Of a stretch of 64,000 bases of DNA, positions 62,403-64,000 are shown piece by piece. This DNA is from Candidatus Xenobia bacterium (lineage in GTDB: Bacteria > Vulcanimicrobiota > Xenobia > Xenobiales > QWHO01), in assembly GCA_045863235.1 (NCBI GenBank), contig BTUM01000021.1:42804-106803 (forward strand), given 5' to 3'. The position numbers and the translations under genes were made by a program. Numbering within the stretch: the stretch's first letter is position 1; every line of letters starts with the position of its first letter. Under the pieces are notes generated by a model. The model was not told the origin of the DNA. It did no database searches and saw nothing but the letters and a program-made list of their open reading frames with translations.

Positions 62403-63848
62403 ATGTCTGAAATGTGGCTTATCCTCGCCTGGGTCTGGTTCATCCTCACGATCATCACCCACCTCGTCGGCATCGCCTCTGCCGCCCACGCGGTTCTCTA
62501 CGCTCGCAACTCATCGGCAGCCATCGCCTGGGGCATCTCGCTGGTGACCATGCCCTGGATGACCCTTCCTCTCTACTGGGTCTTCGGTCGTCACCGTTTC
62601 GTGGGTTATGTGCAGGCTCTGCGGGCCGGGCTTCTGCGGCGTAGCGATCCGGTGGTAGATCGTTTCCTGCGCCCCCTGGAAGGCTTTCGCTCCAGGTGCC
62701 AGGTGCGCGAGAAGGCTCAGCTCGGCTACGAGCGCCTGGCCCGCATTCCGATGACGGCCCAGAACCGGGCCGAGTTGTTGATCGATGGCCAGGAGACCTA
62801 CGAGAGCATTTTCGAAGGCATCGAGAAGGCTCAGCGCTACGTACTGGTCTTCTTTTTCATCCTGCGGGCCGACAAGATAGGCAAGAAGTTGCAGCGGCTC
62901 CTGATCGAAAAGGCCAACCAGGGCGTGCCGGTGTACTTGATGTACGACGCGATGGGCAGCCTCTTTCTCAAGAAGTCCTACATTCGCGAGCTGCGGGCCG
63001 CCGGGGTGGAAGTGGTCAGCTTTCGCTCCGCCCCTACTCGCGAGTACTACTTCCAGCTCAATTTTCGTAACCACCGCAAGATCGTCGTTACTGATGGCCG
63101 GGCAGCCTGGGTGGGCGGGTTGAACCTGGGCGACGAGCACCTGGGCACCAACAAGTTTTACGGTCCATGGCGCGATACCCACCTCAAACTCGAGGGGCCG
63201 GCGGTGCAGGGAGTGCAGCTGGTCTTCCAGGAGGACTACTACTGGGCCTCGGGTCGGCTGCTGGACCTGGACTGGGAGCCCCAACCGGCCGCAGGCGGTG
63301 ATACCGACGCTCTCTACATGGGCAGTGGGCCAGCCGACGAGTTGGACGTGGGCCTGCTCTACTTCGTGCACACGATCAACTGCGCCCGCAAGAGGGTCTG
63401 GATCGCCAGCCCATACTTCGTACCGGATGCCTCGGTTATCGACGCTCTCAAACTGGCCGCCATGCGGGGGGTGGACGTGCGGGTCATCGTGCCCCTGCGG
63501 TGGGATCTCTACTTCATGTACCTGGCCGCCTTCTCTTATCTGCCCGAGTGTGAGGCCAACGGTATCAAGTTTTACCGCTTCAAGCCGGGGTTCATGCACC
63601 AGAAGGTCATGCTGGTGGACGATGACATCGCCTGCGTGGGCAGCTCCAACGTGGACAACCGGTCGATGCGCCTCAATTTCGAGGGGAATGCGGTGATGAT
63701 CTCCAGAGCCTTTGCCCAGCGGGTCGAAGCCATGCTTCGCCACGACTTCGCCCGTAGCGTGAAGGTGGAAGGGAATGAGTACGAGCGCATGCGCTGGCCA
63801 GCCAGGTTGGGCGTCAAGTTGATCCGCTTGCTCGCCCCTATCCTGTAG
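62403..63848 (+). CDS. cls: Cardiolipin synthase
   Basis: Two N-terminal TM helices; two HKD motifs (NHRKIVVTD, MHQKVMLVD); WRDTH, SPYFVP. Confidence 0.93.
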   Translation: MSEMWLILAWVWFILTIITHLVGIASAAHAVLYARNSSAAIAWGISLVTMPWMTLPLYWVFGRHRFVGYVQALRAGLLRRSDPVVDRFLRPLEGFRSRCQVREKAQLGYERLARIPMTAQNRAELLIDGQETYESIFEGIEKAQRYVLVFFFILRADKIGKKLQRLLIEKANQGVPVYLMYDAMGSLFLKKSYIRELRAAGVEVVSFRSAPTREYYFQLNFRNHRKIVVTDGRAAWVGGLNLGDEHLGTNKFYGPWRDTHLKLEGPAVQGVQLVFQEDYYWASGRLLDLDWEPQPAAGGDTDALYMGSGPADELDVGLLYFVHTINCARKRVWIASPYFVPDASVIDALKLAAMRGVDVRVIVPLRWDLYFMYLAAFSYLPECEANGIKFYRFKPGFMHQKVMLVDDDIACVGSSNVDNRSMRLNFEGNAVMISRAFAQRVEAMLRHDFARSVKVEGNEYERMRWPARLGVKLIRLLAPIL

Positions 63849-64000
63849 GAGCGCAGCTCCCCTTGGCTACAGTATGAGAGCGTAGCTCCTCCGACACCAC
63901 AGGGGGTTTGCGGCCGGACTTCTAGGAGCGCAGCCGGAAACCCAGTTGACACGGTTTTCCGGCTGCGTGACGCCCAACATGTTGTGCTAGAAGTTCGGCC

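Overview
GC-rich bacterial chromosomal window, about 60 genes. The gene mix (many prepilin-like trios, FG-GAP lipoprotein, paired glgC/glgD, c-di-AMP riboswitch) suggests a Terrabacteria-type lineage such as Ca. Eremiobacterota, but this is a low-confidence impression. Housekeeping content: malic enzyme, aldehyde dehydrogenase, FBPase, PIN-PhoH, P450, prolyl oligopeptidase, LysM-NlpC/P60, PhhB, Bcp, glgC/glgD, YcaQ-type glycosylase, amidase, POT transporter, SDR, cardiolipin synthase. Two accessory patches (about 0.4-4.5 kb and 16.7-21.6 kb) each carry secreted-protein genes and a type II toxin-antitoxin pair. There are two oppositely oriented minor-pilin clusters, one with pilC, and a DUF4178/SpeE-like/FAD-oxidoreductase/DUF350 polyamine-related locus. 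Best leads: (1) a c-di-AMP (ydaO) riboswitch whose pseudoknot covers the RBS of a 21-codon ORF in frame with a USP gene; (2) a recurring KTnACA-N5-KTnACA direct repeat upstream of both pilin operons, a PilZ gene and signal-less proteins with extended N-termini; (3) a lipoprotein gene broken by a G10 tract and a second frameshift; (4) the polyamine locus; (5) two apparent pseudo-peptidases; (6) a Fur/Zur-type box at a MerC-domain gene. I saw no rRNA, tRNA, CRISPR array, integrase or transposase. All family calls come from motif recognition by eye, not database searches, and several starts were moved from the ORF track to more plausible codons.
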